From Trichormus sp. ATA11-4-KO1 (lineage in GTDB: Bacteria; Cyanobacteriota; Cyanobacteriia; Cyanobacteriales; Nostocaceae): 18,999 nucleotides of DNA. The number at the start of each line of letters is the position of its first letter. Position 1 is the stretch's first letter. Below, one piece after another: positions 1-7,599 of the stretch. The stretch spans positions 1 to 18,999 of the forward strand of contig JAHHIM010000056.1 of assembly GCA_019358915.1 (NCBI GenBank), given 5' to 3'. Position numbers and translations under genes: made by a program. A model generated the notes under the pieces. The model was not told the DNA's origin and did no database searches. It saw only the letters and a list, made by a program, of their open reading frames with translations.

Positions 1-69
1 GGCTTATCCCTCAAATGTTTGATGGAATTAAGTTTGAAGTATCTCAATTATATCTTTCTTTCTTCCGAC

Positions 70-97
70 TTCTGCCCTCTGCCTTCTGCCTTCCCCC
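70..97. repeat. STRR-like heptamer tandem repeat (TTCTGCC)
   Basis: ttctgcc ctctgcc ttctgcc ttccccc; typical of Nostocales intergenic short tandem repeats. Confidence 0.6.
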
Positions 98-127
98 AAC
101 CGAGATCACCAAAAGTTGCCAAGACCC

Positions 128-205
128 CACAATAATTGCAAATGAAACTGCAAACATAATTTTCAAACTGCAAACAAGGGTTTTCAAACCACATTAACTG
201 CAAAT
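128..205 (+). repeat. Cluster of four (A/T)A(C/T)TGCAAA(C/T) motifs, probable transposase-binding sites
   Basis: GCAAA cores at 138, 150, 170 and 200; CACATTAACTGCAAA (190) matches CACATTAATTGCAAA at 18928 and 18961; AAACTGCAAACAAGG (165-179) matches the reverse complement of the 2160 end. Confidence 0.6.
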
Positions 206-210
206 AAATT

Positions 211-1054
211 CTATTTTCTGGAAGTCCCTAAAAGCTCAAGCTTTTCGAGTTTGTTAGCAGTTTCTTCCAAGACTGGTGTATAAGCAATTAATCGCAGGTA
301 CGGTAAGTCTGTGACTTGAAAAGTCACAGACTTACCGTACCAGTCTGCCAACAATAGGATGAGCAAGTTCTTGGTGGCATTTGCCACTACTTATCACATT
401 GTGGCAAGACCACCATTCCTGAAACTCTGAGCTAAGTTCTTGCAGAGCTTCAGTAAGCTCTCTACTCTGATATTCGTCCTCATAGTAACCATACGCAGAG
501 CGATACTGTGCTAGTAAGCATTGGGCAAAATCCTCCCAATCCACGAACAGTTGGCGTATCGTAGTATCGGTAAATGCTAACCACATTAGATTGCGCTCCT
601 TCAAAGGCATTTGTTCAAAGTCACCCAGAAGTGCACAAGCTGACCGATTCCAAGCCAAGATGTCCCATCGGTGATTTGTAATATAGGCAGGAGTTATTCG
701 CAGGGCGTCAAGAATATGTTGCATTGATTTGCTCACCATCGGTGTGTCGGGAGCTGAACTAAGAAATAAGGGTTGTTTTGTCAGTAAGAATAGATGTTTT
801 TTCTCATGCTCATCGAGCCTAAGGGCAGCAGCAATTCTTTCTACTGTCTTCAGCGACACTTTGATGTCACGTCCCTGTTCAAGCCACGTGTACCATGTCA
901 CTCCAATTTCTGCAAGTTCAGCTACCTCTTCACGCCGTAAGCCAGGGATACGACGGCGAGATCCATTAGGTAGATTAACCTGAGCAGGTTTGAGTTTAGC
1001 ACGGCGTGTTTGAAGAAAATGAGCTAACTCTTCTCGGCGCTTCTGTTCATTCAT
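211..1054 (-). pseudogene. XRE-HTH / MmyB-like transcriptional regulator, frameshifted near the C-terminus
   Basis: ORF 332-1054 has the hallmark 'FLQTRRAKL...RRIPGLRREEVAELAEIGVTWYTWLEQGR' and the MmyB ligand domain 'PAYITNHRWDILAWN'. It stops at HPIVGRLVR*, while the family-typical tail TFQVTDLPYLRLIAYTPVLEETANKLEKL...* continues in another frame to 211. Confidence 0.85.
297..341. repeat. Perfect 21-bp inverted repeat with 3-nt loop
   Basis: GGTACGGTAAGTCTGTGACTT-GAA-AAGTCACAGACTTACCGTACC. Confidence 0.95.
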
Positions 1055-1176
1055 TTACATTATCCTTCTTTTAAGTTTTAAGGTATTAGTCTTTATACTA
1101 GTATTTCTAAAAACTGGTACTAAAATAAATAATCTGACAAACTCTTTTTTGGTTGAGTTTTTAATACAGGAAGTTC

Positions 1177-1797
1177 ATGGCTCATGTTTTACACATTGAC
1201 TCTAGCCCTCGTAAAGAGCGCTCTCATTCTCGAACTCTTTCTAGCAAATTCATTGATATTTGGAAAACTACACATTCCACAGATATTGTGACTTATCGGG
1301 ATTTGGGTCATGAACCAGTTCCTTATGTTGATGAGCAATTGTTTGCAGCAATGTTTACTACAGAACAAGACCGTTCTCCGGAACTAGCTGAAGCCATTAA
1401 GTTTTCTGATATGTTAGTCGATGAATTTATTGCCGCAGATTACTACGTCTTTGCGATTCCTATGTTCAATTTCAATGTGCCTGCTAGATTTAAGGCTTAC
1501 ATTGATTTGATTGTACGAGTGAATCGCACATTTGCTATAGTCTCTGAAGGCTATAAAGGCTTAGTTGAGGGAAAAAAGATGCTCATTATCACATCTCGTG
1601 GCGACAACTACCGACTCGGAAGCTCAATGGCAGGCTATGACTTCCAAGAACCATACTTACGGGCTATTTTTGGATTCATTGGAATTACAAACATCACCTT
1701 TATTCATGCTGATGATCTCATGAGGGACGAAAATACTCGTCTTAAATCTCTAGCAGCAGCACAGGCTGCTATTGAGCATACAGCTTCTAATTGGTAA
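1177..1797 (+). CDS. azoR: FMN-dependent NADH-azoreductase (flavodoxin-like fold)
   Basis: 206 aa; 'VLHIDSSPRKERSHSRTL', 'IPMFNFNVPARFKAYID', 'TSRG', 'DFQEPYLRAIFGFIG'; divergent from the MmyB-type regulator. Confidence 0.92.
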   Translation: MAHVLHIDSSPRKERSHSRTLSSKFIDIWKTTHSTDIVTYRDLGHEPVPYVDEQLFAAMFTTEQDRSPELAEAIKFSDMLVDEFIAADYYVFAIPMFNFNVPARFKAYIDLIVRVNRTFAIVSEGYKGLVEGKKMLIITSRGDNYRLGSSMAGYDFQEPYLRAIFGFIGITNITFIHADDLMRDENTRLKSLAAAQAAIEHTASNW

Positions 1798-2113
1798 TGT
1801 CGGTGGAAGGATAATATTGCCAAAACTGGAACCATAATACTGCCGCAACTGAGGCTGTAATGTTCATTCTTTCATTGTGCGATCGCAACCCTAATTAAAC
1901 AATCGGAACCATAATATTGCCGGGAACTAAAAATGGAACGATAAACTTGCCAAAACAGAGGACTTCAAAACTTCATTTTTAAGTTGATGCATTTCAAGGC
2001 CTTGAACTCGAATATAGAGCCTGCAAGGATTTAAGACATTGGAAGCGTAATGTTGCCGAAGCCAATTTGAAGCATAAGCGTACCAAAACGGCAATCTTAT
2101 GGTTCCACCGACA
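1798..2113. mobile_element. 316-bp non-autonomous element with TGT...ACA ends and internal transposase-binding-like repeats
   Basis: Left end TGTCGGTGGAAGGATAATATTGCC vs right end (revcomp) TGTCGGTGGAACCATAAGATTGCC; further GGAACCATAATA(C/T)TGCC-like copies at about 1828, 1905, 1935 and 2041; no ORF. Confidence 0.75.
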
Positions 2114-2115
2114 AT

Positions 2116-2160
2116 CGCCTTGTTTGCAGTTTTATCGCTGGATGTTTGCAGTTCGCTACA
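2116..2160 (-). mobile_element. Tn7/Mu-like transposon end (terminal ACA at 2160, element interior to the left)
   Basis: Revcomp TGTAGCGAACTGCAAACATCCAGCGATAAAACTGCAAACAAGG: terminal TGT with GCAAAC cores at +12 and +34, the same register as the end at 18873. Confidence 0.7.
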
Positions 2161-2180
2161 CTTACCTAAGTCAGTTTATT

Positions 2181-2372
2181 TTATTGATTTGTTGGTGAAG
2201 CTTGACACTTCTGTTCAATCAATTGATTTTGATTAATCGATTGATGCTGGCGTTGTTCATGGCGGACGACACCATAAACAGAACCAGCACCAAGCACAAA
2301 ACTGAGCATGGCAATGACAGCTGCTTGAGGAATTGCAAGATCAGCTGATATGGAAAATCTTGATTTTTTCAT
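2181..2372 (-). CDS. Small single-pass membrane protein, hypothetical
   Basis: 63 aa; basic N-terminus, hydrophobic AAVIAMLSFVLGAGSVYGVV, polar Q-rich tail. Confidence 0.55.
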   Translation of the reverse strand: MKKSRFSISADLAIPQAAVIAMLSFVLGAGSVYGVVRHEQRQHQSINQNQLIEQKCQASPTNQ

Positions 2373-2386
2373 CCTGAATTAAAGAG

Positions 2387-2741
2387 TAAAAACCGACTTG
2401 ATTGAACGCCTCATTTTGATTGCAGTCAGAATTTGGGAAAACATCTGAGCATACGTACTGGGAATACGTGCTTACTCAGACTTGATTGTTCAATCGAGCC
2501 TTATCTTAAGATAATCTGTCTGAAAGATTTTTTAAGCTAATTATTTAAATTTCAGTATTTGTCTTAGATTAAATAATTTATCTTAGACAAATGAGTCATT
2601 ATGAGTCACTATAAAATTAGCGCAGCCTCAAAACTGACGTGAAAAGATAAAAACCCACTTGATTGAACGTTTCATTCTGATTGCAGTCAGAATTTGAGAG
2701 AACCTCTGAGCATACGTACTGGGAATACGTGTTTGCTTAGA
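2387..2741. repeat. 94-bp direct repeat (2387-2480 and 2648-2741)
   Basis: taaaaacc(g/c)acttgattgaacg...tctgagcatacgtactgggaatacgtg...aga; about 10 mismatches by eye; 261-bp offset. Confidence 0.9.
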
Positions 2742-2913
2742 GGCTCTATCTTTAATATTGCATTTCTATGACTGCTATTTCTACTGTTAAAGTGCGGTAT
2801 TTCGTATTTATAAGAACAATTTTCATTTTTCAATGACAAAACTCTTAGCTGTCATATTGTTAAGTTTTGTAAAAAGCCATCGCCCTAAAACATTTGCCAT
2901 ACAGTATATACTC

Positions 2914-2952
2914 AATGCAGTAATTGATGCAGTAATGCAGTATGTCAGTAAT
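2914..2952 (+). promoter_or_regulatory. Centromere-like (parS/parH-like) ATGCAGTA repeats overlapping the parA start
   Basis: aatgcagtaattgatgcagtaatgcagtatgtcagtaat; the same octamer recurs after the par operon. Confidence 0.7.
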
Positions 2953-3586
2953 TGCCCTTGTTAATCAAAAAGGGGGATGTTCAAAATCTACATCTGCCGT
3001 CCATCTATCATGCTGGCTATCCCGTAAAGGCCACAAAGTTCATTTATTAGATGCTGATGCTCAACGTAGCAGTTCAATTTGGCTGACTGCAATGGAGTCT
3101 AATTCAATTCAAACTACCGTGCTGCAATCACCAGATGAACTTTTAGAGCAAATCCCAGAATTAGCGCAGGAGTGTGACTATCTTATTGTGGATGGGCCGG
3201 CTGGTTTATCTGAAGCTAGTAGGGCAATATTATTCAGGACTGACTTAGCTGTAGTTCCTTGTCAACCAACAGGGTTAGACCTACAATCTGCCAGTGATGC
3301 TGTTCGCCTCATCAAACAAGCTCAGTCTGTGCGCGGTGGTGCGCCCAAAGCAGCAGTATTTATCAGCCGTGCGGTTAAAGGTACAAAGTTGCTCGATGAA
3401 GCGATCGCACTCCTCAGTAAAACTAAAGAAGTGACGGTACTCAAGACGGTAATTCACCAAAAGCAAGCGATCGCGGACACCTTTGGACAAGCTGCAACAA
3501 TTTGGGATTTATCGGGACGACCTGCGGCTGAATCAGGGCGGGAATATGAGCGACTATTTAAAGAAATTGTGGGAATGCTCAAATGA
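2942..3586 (+). CDS. parA: ParA-family partition ATPase (short type Ib/ParF-like)
   Basis: 214 aa; deviant Walker A 'NQKGGCSKST', 'LDADAQRS', 'IVDGP'; no N-terminal HTH. Confidence 0.92.
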   Translation: MSVIALVNQKGGCSKSTSAVHLSCWLSRKGHKVHLLDADAQRSSSIWLTAMESNSIQTTVLQSPDELLEQIPELAQECDYLIVDGPAGLSEASRAILFRTDLAVVPCQPTGLDLQSASDAVRLIKQAQSVRGGAPKAAVFISRAVKGTKLLDEAIALLSKTKEVTVLKTVIHQKQAIADTFGQAATIWDLSGRPAAESGREYERLFKEIVGMLK

Positions 3587-3927
3587 CTAGCAAAAAACGA
3601 AAGCCTCTTGATGATGCCCTGGCGCGTGAATTTGTCTATGGTCAACAGGAGCAGCCAGTAAGCGAAACTCAGCCCGAACCTCCCGAAGAACCACAACCAG
3701 AACCTCAGCCAACTAAAAAATCTACATCTACCCAAAAATTAACTAAGCCTAATATCATGTCTCAACTTCAACAGACCAATTCTAAAGAACCGACAATTAG
3801 ATTAACTGTTGATTTATCTGAATCAATGCACCGTAAGTTATCTGTGCTGGCAGCCAAGACTAATAGAAAAAAGGCTGAAATTGTCAGGTTTTTGCTAGAT
3901 GAAGCACTTAAGGATATAGATGATTAA
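3583..3927 (+). CDS. Ribbon-helix-helix centromere-binding partner (ParG/CopG-like)
   Basis: ATGA overlap with parA; disordered P/Q/E-rich region plus C-terminal RHH 'IRLTVDLSESMHRKLSVLAAKTNRKKAEIVRFLLDEAL'. Confidence 0.85.
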   Translation: MTSKKRKPLDDALAREFVYGQQEQPVSETQPEPPEEPQPEPQPTKKSTSTQKLTKPNIMSQLQQTNSKEPTIRLTVDLSESMHRKLSVLAAKTNRKKAEIVRFLLDEALKDIDD

Positions 3928-3952
3928 TGCAGTAATGCAGTAATGCAGTAAT
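3925..3952 (+). promoter_or_regulatory. Second centromere-like array (TAATGCAG x3)
   Basis: Perfect tandem octamers starting in the stop codon of the RHH gene. Confidence 0.7.
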
Positions 3953-3970
3953 TAAGTAAACATCGGTGAT

Positions 3971-4007
3971 AGCGGTTTAGTAAAAAAAAACTAGACCGCT
4001 TATTTTA
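3971..4007 (+). terminator. Probable intrinsic terminator of the par operon
   Basis: AGCGGTTTAGT-A8-ACTAGACCGCT stem (one G-U pair) followed by TATTTTA. Confidence 0.6.
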
Positions 4008-4353
4008 TGCCGCCAATTTGTGCCTAGCTAGGAAATCTAAAAGTAGCCACTCACTAACAAAGACATGGGCAATTTAGGTTAGCCAACTGGTTACTCAATG
4101 CTGGGAATAACAGCTACAGATTTCAGGTTGACAAAGTTACTACAGGAGGTGTTTATACAGGTGTTAAAAAAAATGCCCACTTTTTACATCATTTTCTCCA
4201 CATTATCAAAGTTAACAGGGTTAATTACACAGGTGGTTATTTTTGCCTACCAAGTGCTAGTTACACCCTGTTATATCAGTTAAAGCTGGCAGGGAGTTTC
4301 ACAAACTCCCAAACCAGCAATAAATTACAAAATTTTTTTATGGAAATATTTTA

Positions 4354-4479
4354 ATGAACACTAAACCATCTAATAATATTCTCGCTCGGTTACTGGCAAC
4401 AGTAGATGTGAAAATCACAACTGGAGTAATAACTGGAGTAATAGTAGTAATGTTTGGTTATTTACCAAATGAAATTTAA
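4354..4479 (+). CDS. 41-aa peptide with hydrophobic C-terminal half (not in ORF track)
   Basis: MNTKPSNNILARLLATVDVKITTGVITGVIVVMFGYLPNEI*; preceded by a hairpin leader similar to that of the 4804 gene and followed by a terminator-like hairpin. Confidence 0.4.
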   Translation: MNTKPSNNILARLLATVDVKITTGVITGVIVVMFGYLPNEI

Positions 4480-4524
4480 ACTTTTTCATCTAGTCACTTC
4501 TTAAACTGATTTGTCTGTTTGTAA

Positions 4525-4557
4525 GGTCAAAAAGTAGCTCGTAACTACTTTTTGACC
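4525..4557. terminator. 13-bp perfect inverted repeat, likely bidirectional terminator
   Basis: GGTCAAAAAGTAG-ctcgtaa-CTACTTTTTGACC. Confidence 0.6.
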
Positions 4558-4803
4558 AGTTAACTTAATTCAACTCCATTTCAGAATTTGGCCTTCACCA
4601 GAATAAATGCCCACCTTAACATCCTCTGAAAAGAATTTTTCATATCTTGGATGTTGACATTCAACTAAAAAGGAGGTATTTATCTTTGCCCATTAAACGC
4701 AGGCTCAACACTGTTACATCATTTACATCATTAAAAGCTGGTCTGACGGCCTCAGAAACTATCAAACCAGCATCAAGTAAACTTTATTTGTCGAGTTTTT
4801 CTA

Positions 4804-5175
4804 ATGTTACATTCAAATAATAAACCAAACTATAGGTTCAATCCTCCCCCTCGCATCCGCTTACTGGGTGTAATGTTTTCGGTAGGAGTAGCATTGAGTT
4901 CTGGTCTGTACTATGGTTTTCATCAAGCTGCTAATTCTACCAGGCAGCATGAATCTGCTCAAACTGAACTCTATCACTTTAGCCGCGTAGAGTACGAACA
5001 GTTAAAACCGGGAATGTCGTTAATAGAGGTGCGGTCAATCTTATATCGAGGTATCGAGGTTAACCGTTCTGCAACCATAGCAACCTTTGTCTGGGAAAAT
5101 CCTGATGGTTCTAAAATCACTGCTGTTTTTGAAAATGACAAGCTGAAGAGTAAAGAACAGTCTGGGTTGAAGTAA
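4804..5175 (+). CDS. Membrane-anchored protein with BLIP/SmpA-OmlA (DUF3862-like) domain
   Basis: N-terminal TM (LLGVMFSVGVALSSGLYYGF) then 'YEQLKPGMSLIEVRSIL...FVWENPDGSKITAVFENDKLKSKEQSGLK'. Confidence 0.7.
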   Translation: MLHSNNKPNYRFNPPPRIRLLGVMFSVGVALSSGLYYGFHQAANSTRQHESAQTELYHFSRVEYEQLKPGMSLIEVRSILYRGIEVNRSATIATFVWENPDGSKITAVFENDKLKSKEQSGLK

Positions 5176-5244
5176 GGAAATAAAGGTAAGCGATCCCCGC
5201 CTACCTACCTAATAAGGTTGCTGTTTCACTAAATAAGTCGCCCT

Positions 5245-5415
5245 GGGAGCAACGCGAAAATGTGAGATCGGATTTGATATCTCAATTACCAGGGCTTATT
5301 CCTAATAAACCGAGGTCGAAGTTCCCTATTTTTACCTTTTCTAGGTAGCGAACGCTCACCATCCACGTAACTTATGTTACAAATTTTTCGCACCTCACAA
5401 AATCGCGTTGCTCCC
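5245..5415. mobile_element. 171-bp MITE with 8-bp target-site duplication
   Basis: 13-bp perfect TIR GGGAGCAACGCGA / TCGCGTTGCTCCC (extending to TGTGAG/CTCACA); flanked by GTCGCCCT at 5237-5244 and 5416-5423. Confidence 0.9.
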
Positions 5416-5519
5416 GTCGCCCTATCTGGCGGAATCCGCCAGATAGCTCAACGAGTTGATTCGTGGCAGTGGCAGACACCGCAAACTTTGAGCAAAGCGG
5501 TTAAGAGTTGCGCCACCAA

Positions 5520-7142
5520 CTAGCGGGAAATACCTTTACTAAAGGAGAGTTTTTGTTGCTGTTCAGATTCTATTAATTCTTGCAATAGCTGGTCGCAAGA
5601 GTGCCAAAGCTGAATGTCTCTTGTCTCTAATTCTCCTACATTAATTGGTGAATACTCAAGCTCACCTAACTGGTTTCGGTTAACTTTCACGCGAAAAATT
5701 TCTCCGCGTTCATCATGGGTAAATACTAATTCTTTTCCTTGTTTTGACAGTGTTGCACGTTTAAACCTAAAGCTATGCTCACCTTTTTCTTTTAACTGCC
5801 AGTTGATTAATTTCACTGCAACAGGCACAGCTATAGCTAAATATTCCGACTGTAACTGCTGTTTTTCAGAAAGTAGCTGTTCTGATTGGGGCTGTCTGGA
5901 TGCCAGTTTATTTTGAGCGATTATCACTAATGCTTTAGCTTCATCATGAGTCCATCCGGCGGTGCTGGCTAGGATAATTTCTTCTACCTCTTGGGCTGGC
6001 TTATTATCTAATAATGCTCTAATAGCAATTTCTTTATCTCGGTCAGTCACTAATAATTTCTGCAAGTTGGTACTGTAATATTTGTATAACTCGGCTCTTA
6101 TATTTGGGTTTATCTGGGGATTAATTTCAGATATATCTGGAGAATTAGCAGCAGATATTGTCGATATTACCTGCTGATTATTAGGCTTATTATTTACAAA
6201 TTCTGAGAAATTATTTAAGCGTTTAATCTCGTTATCGTCCCTTTTGGGGTCGTAGCTTATCCCTAATTCTGTCTGGAGTTTGGCGAAAGAACACTTATAT
6301 TTATTGAGATTACCTCCCTGTTTCCAGAGCAAGCGAGGGCTACCATCTTCATTAACTGAACCTATATCAATCCCAAATTTGATACCCCTTACGCCGCCGT
6401 TGCTATAATAACTAACGATGGCTTTGATTTGATGCTCTGACCATAATCGCTCAATAAACTGAGGCATTGTCGGTTTATTTACTGCCACTTTTTCAATCGC
6501 TCGGCGCATGATTTCTTCACCTGGAAGTCCATCACGCTCTACCCGTTCCAGTTGATTACGAGTCATAGCTTTACGTTTACTTTCCCAGCTACTCTGTACT
6601 GGCGTGAGTTGAAATTCTCGCTCTAACAGTCGGGCTGAGTGTTCTGAGTAAGCGTAATTATTCCAGGTGCGGATGGATTTACCATCTAGGTTATTGACCC
6701 TGGATGCAACGATGTGGGTGTGGTCATGTTTTTTATCTGAGTGTCGGGCTATAAAGAAGTCATAGGCTGGTAATTCTGTTTCTATAAATTCATCAACTAG
6801 CTGGTTTAGTTTGGTGTCAGCTATCCTTTTATCAGGTTGTTTGACTTGGGCTTCTTCTCCTTTTAGCCGTGATAGCACAATGACATTTGCAAAATGACGT
6901 TGGGAGAGATTAGCTAATTCTTCATCATTTAAGCTCCTATCAGTTTTTGGTACTGACAGCATGAGGTGATAGCATGGGTCTTTTAGTTGGGGGTTGAGGT
7001 GGGCTGACAGGGTGAACTGCTCTACTAATTTATCGGTGGTAGAGCCGTATATATTCCCGCCAATAATCTGGGCTTTCTCTTTCTCTAGTACGTATTTAGT
7101 AGTGCCACGAAATGATTTATTAGCTTTAATTTTGGTAATCAT
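5520..7142 (-). CDS. Relaxase/mobilization nuclease (MOBP/VirD2-like HUH)
   Basis: 540 aa; motif I 'KSFRGTTKYV', motif II 'YHLMLS', motif III 'ARHSDKKHDHTHIVASRV', 'RLLEREFQL'. Confidence 0.9.
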   Translation of the reverse strand: MITKIKANKSFRGTTKYVLEKEKAQIIGGNIYGSTTDKLVEQFTLSAHLNPQLKDPCYHLMLSVPKTDRSLNDEELANLSQRHFANVIVLSRLKGEEAQVKQPDKRIADTKLNQLVDEFIETELPAYDFFIARHSDKKHDHTHIVASRVNNLDGKSIRTWNNYAYSEHSARLLEREFQLTPVQSSWESKRKAMTRNQLERVERDGLPGEEIMRRAIEKVAVNKPTMPQFIERLWSEHQIKAIVSYYSNGGVRGIKFGIDIGSVNEDGSPRLLWKQGGNLNKYKCSFAKLQTELGISYDPKRDDNEIKRLNNFSEFVNNKPNNQQVISTISAANSPDISEINPQINPNIRAELYKYYSTNLQKLLVTDRDKEIAIRALLDNKPAQEVEEIILASTAGWTHDEAKALVIIAQNKLASRQPQSEQLLSEKQQLQSEYLAIAVPVAVKLINWQLKEKGEHSFRFKRATLSKQGKELVFTHDERGEIFRVKVNRNQLGELEYSPINVGELETRDIQLWHSCDQLLQELIESEQQQKLSFSKGISR

Positions 7143-7146
7143 TTTG

Positions 7147-7575
7147 CTAACCCTCGTCTGGTATTGGTTGAGATAAGCTGGCGTGAGTTTGTTCTATGAG
7201 GGCTGTTAGTTCTTTGATTGTTTGCAGATATTCTTTGACGTTACTAGTCAGAGGTTGGCTACCAATTTTTACAGCTTCGTTAATGGCTCTAGTTTGCTGA
7301 TTTAGGTTATTACCAATCTTTTTTAGTTCGTATATGGTTTTTCTGTTAACTTCGGGGATAGTCAGTTTTGGTTGGGGTAAAGGGTAATCAAATAATCTGG
7401 CTCTAATATAGTCACTTTGCACCACTCCATTGCACCGTTGTTCTAGCCTAGTTTTTTCGGCAGTGCTTACCCTAAAGGTAATGGTTATTTCTCGCTTTGT
7501 ATCTGGCTCTATTGTCTGGTTACTTAGTGCGTCAGCTAGTTGATTACTCAGGTTGGTGCGGGGGTCTGGTTGCAT
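7147..7575 (-). CDS. mobC: MobC-family relaxosome accessory protein (RHH)
   Basis: 'ITFRVSTAEKTRLEQ...SDYIRARL' and 'ELKKIGNNLNQQTR'; immediately upstream of the relaxase. Confidence 0.88.
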   Translation of the reverse strand: MQPDPRTNLSNQLADALSNQTIEPDTKREITITFRVSTAEKTRLEQRCNGVVQSDYIRARLFDYPLPQPKLTIPEVNRKTIYELKKIGNNLNQQTRAINEAVKIGSQPLTSNVKEYLQTIKELTALIEQTHASLSQPIPDEG

Positions 7576-7599
7576 AACTGGGAGCTTAGTTATCTGAAT

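Noticed and set aside
15..197. 60-aa ORF
   Set aside because: Made of STRR and transposon-site repeats; no coding signal.
297..341. Palindrome as an intrinsic terminator or inserted MITE
   Set aside because: No U-tract or TSD, and one arm is in-frame conserved coding sequence of the regulator.
729..983. Antisense/alternate-frame ORFs (also 3281, 3454, 5614, 6994, 8378, 9578, 10391, 10787-13874 set, 14383, 15001, 17905, 18095)
   Set aside because: They overlap well-supported genes and have no recognisable motifs.
1805..2060. GGAACCATAAT repeats as CRISPR or iterons
   Set aside because: Irregular spacing, degenerate, and enclosed by TGT...ACA terminal inverted repeats; better explained as transposase sites.
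2456..2468. NtcA box in the 94-bp repeat
   Set aside because: Spacing is GTA-N7-TAC, not GTA-N8-TAC.
4098..4283. 61-aa hydrophobic ORF
   Set aside because: No RBS; lies in an AT-rich region with ACAGG repeats that looks like promoter DNA; cannot be supported.
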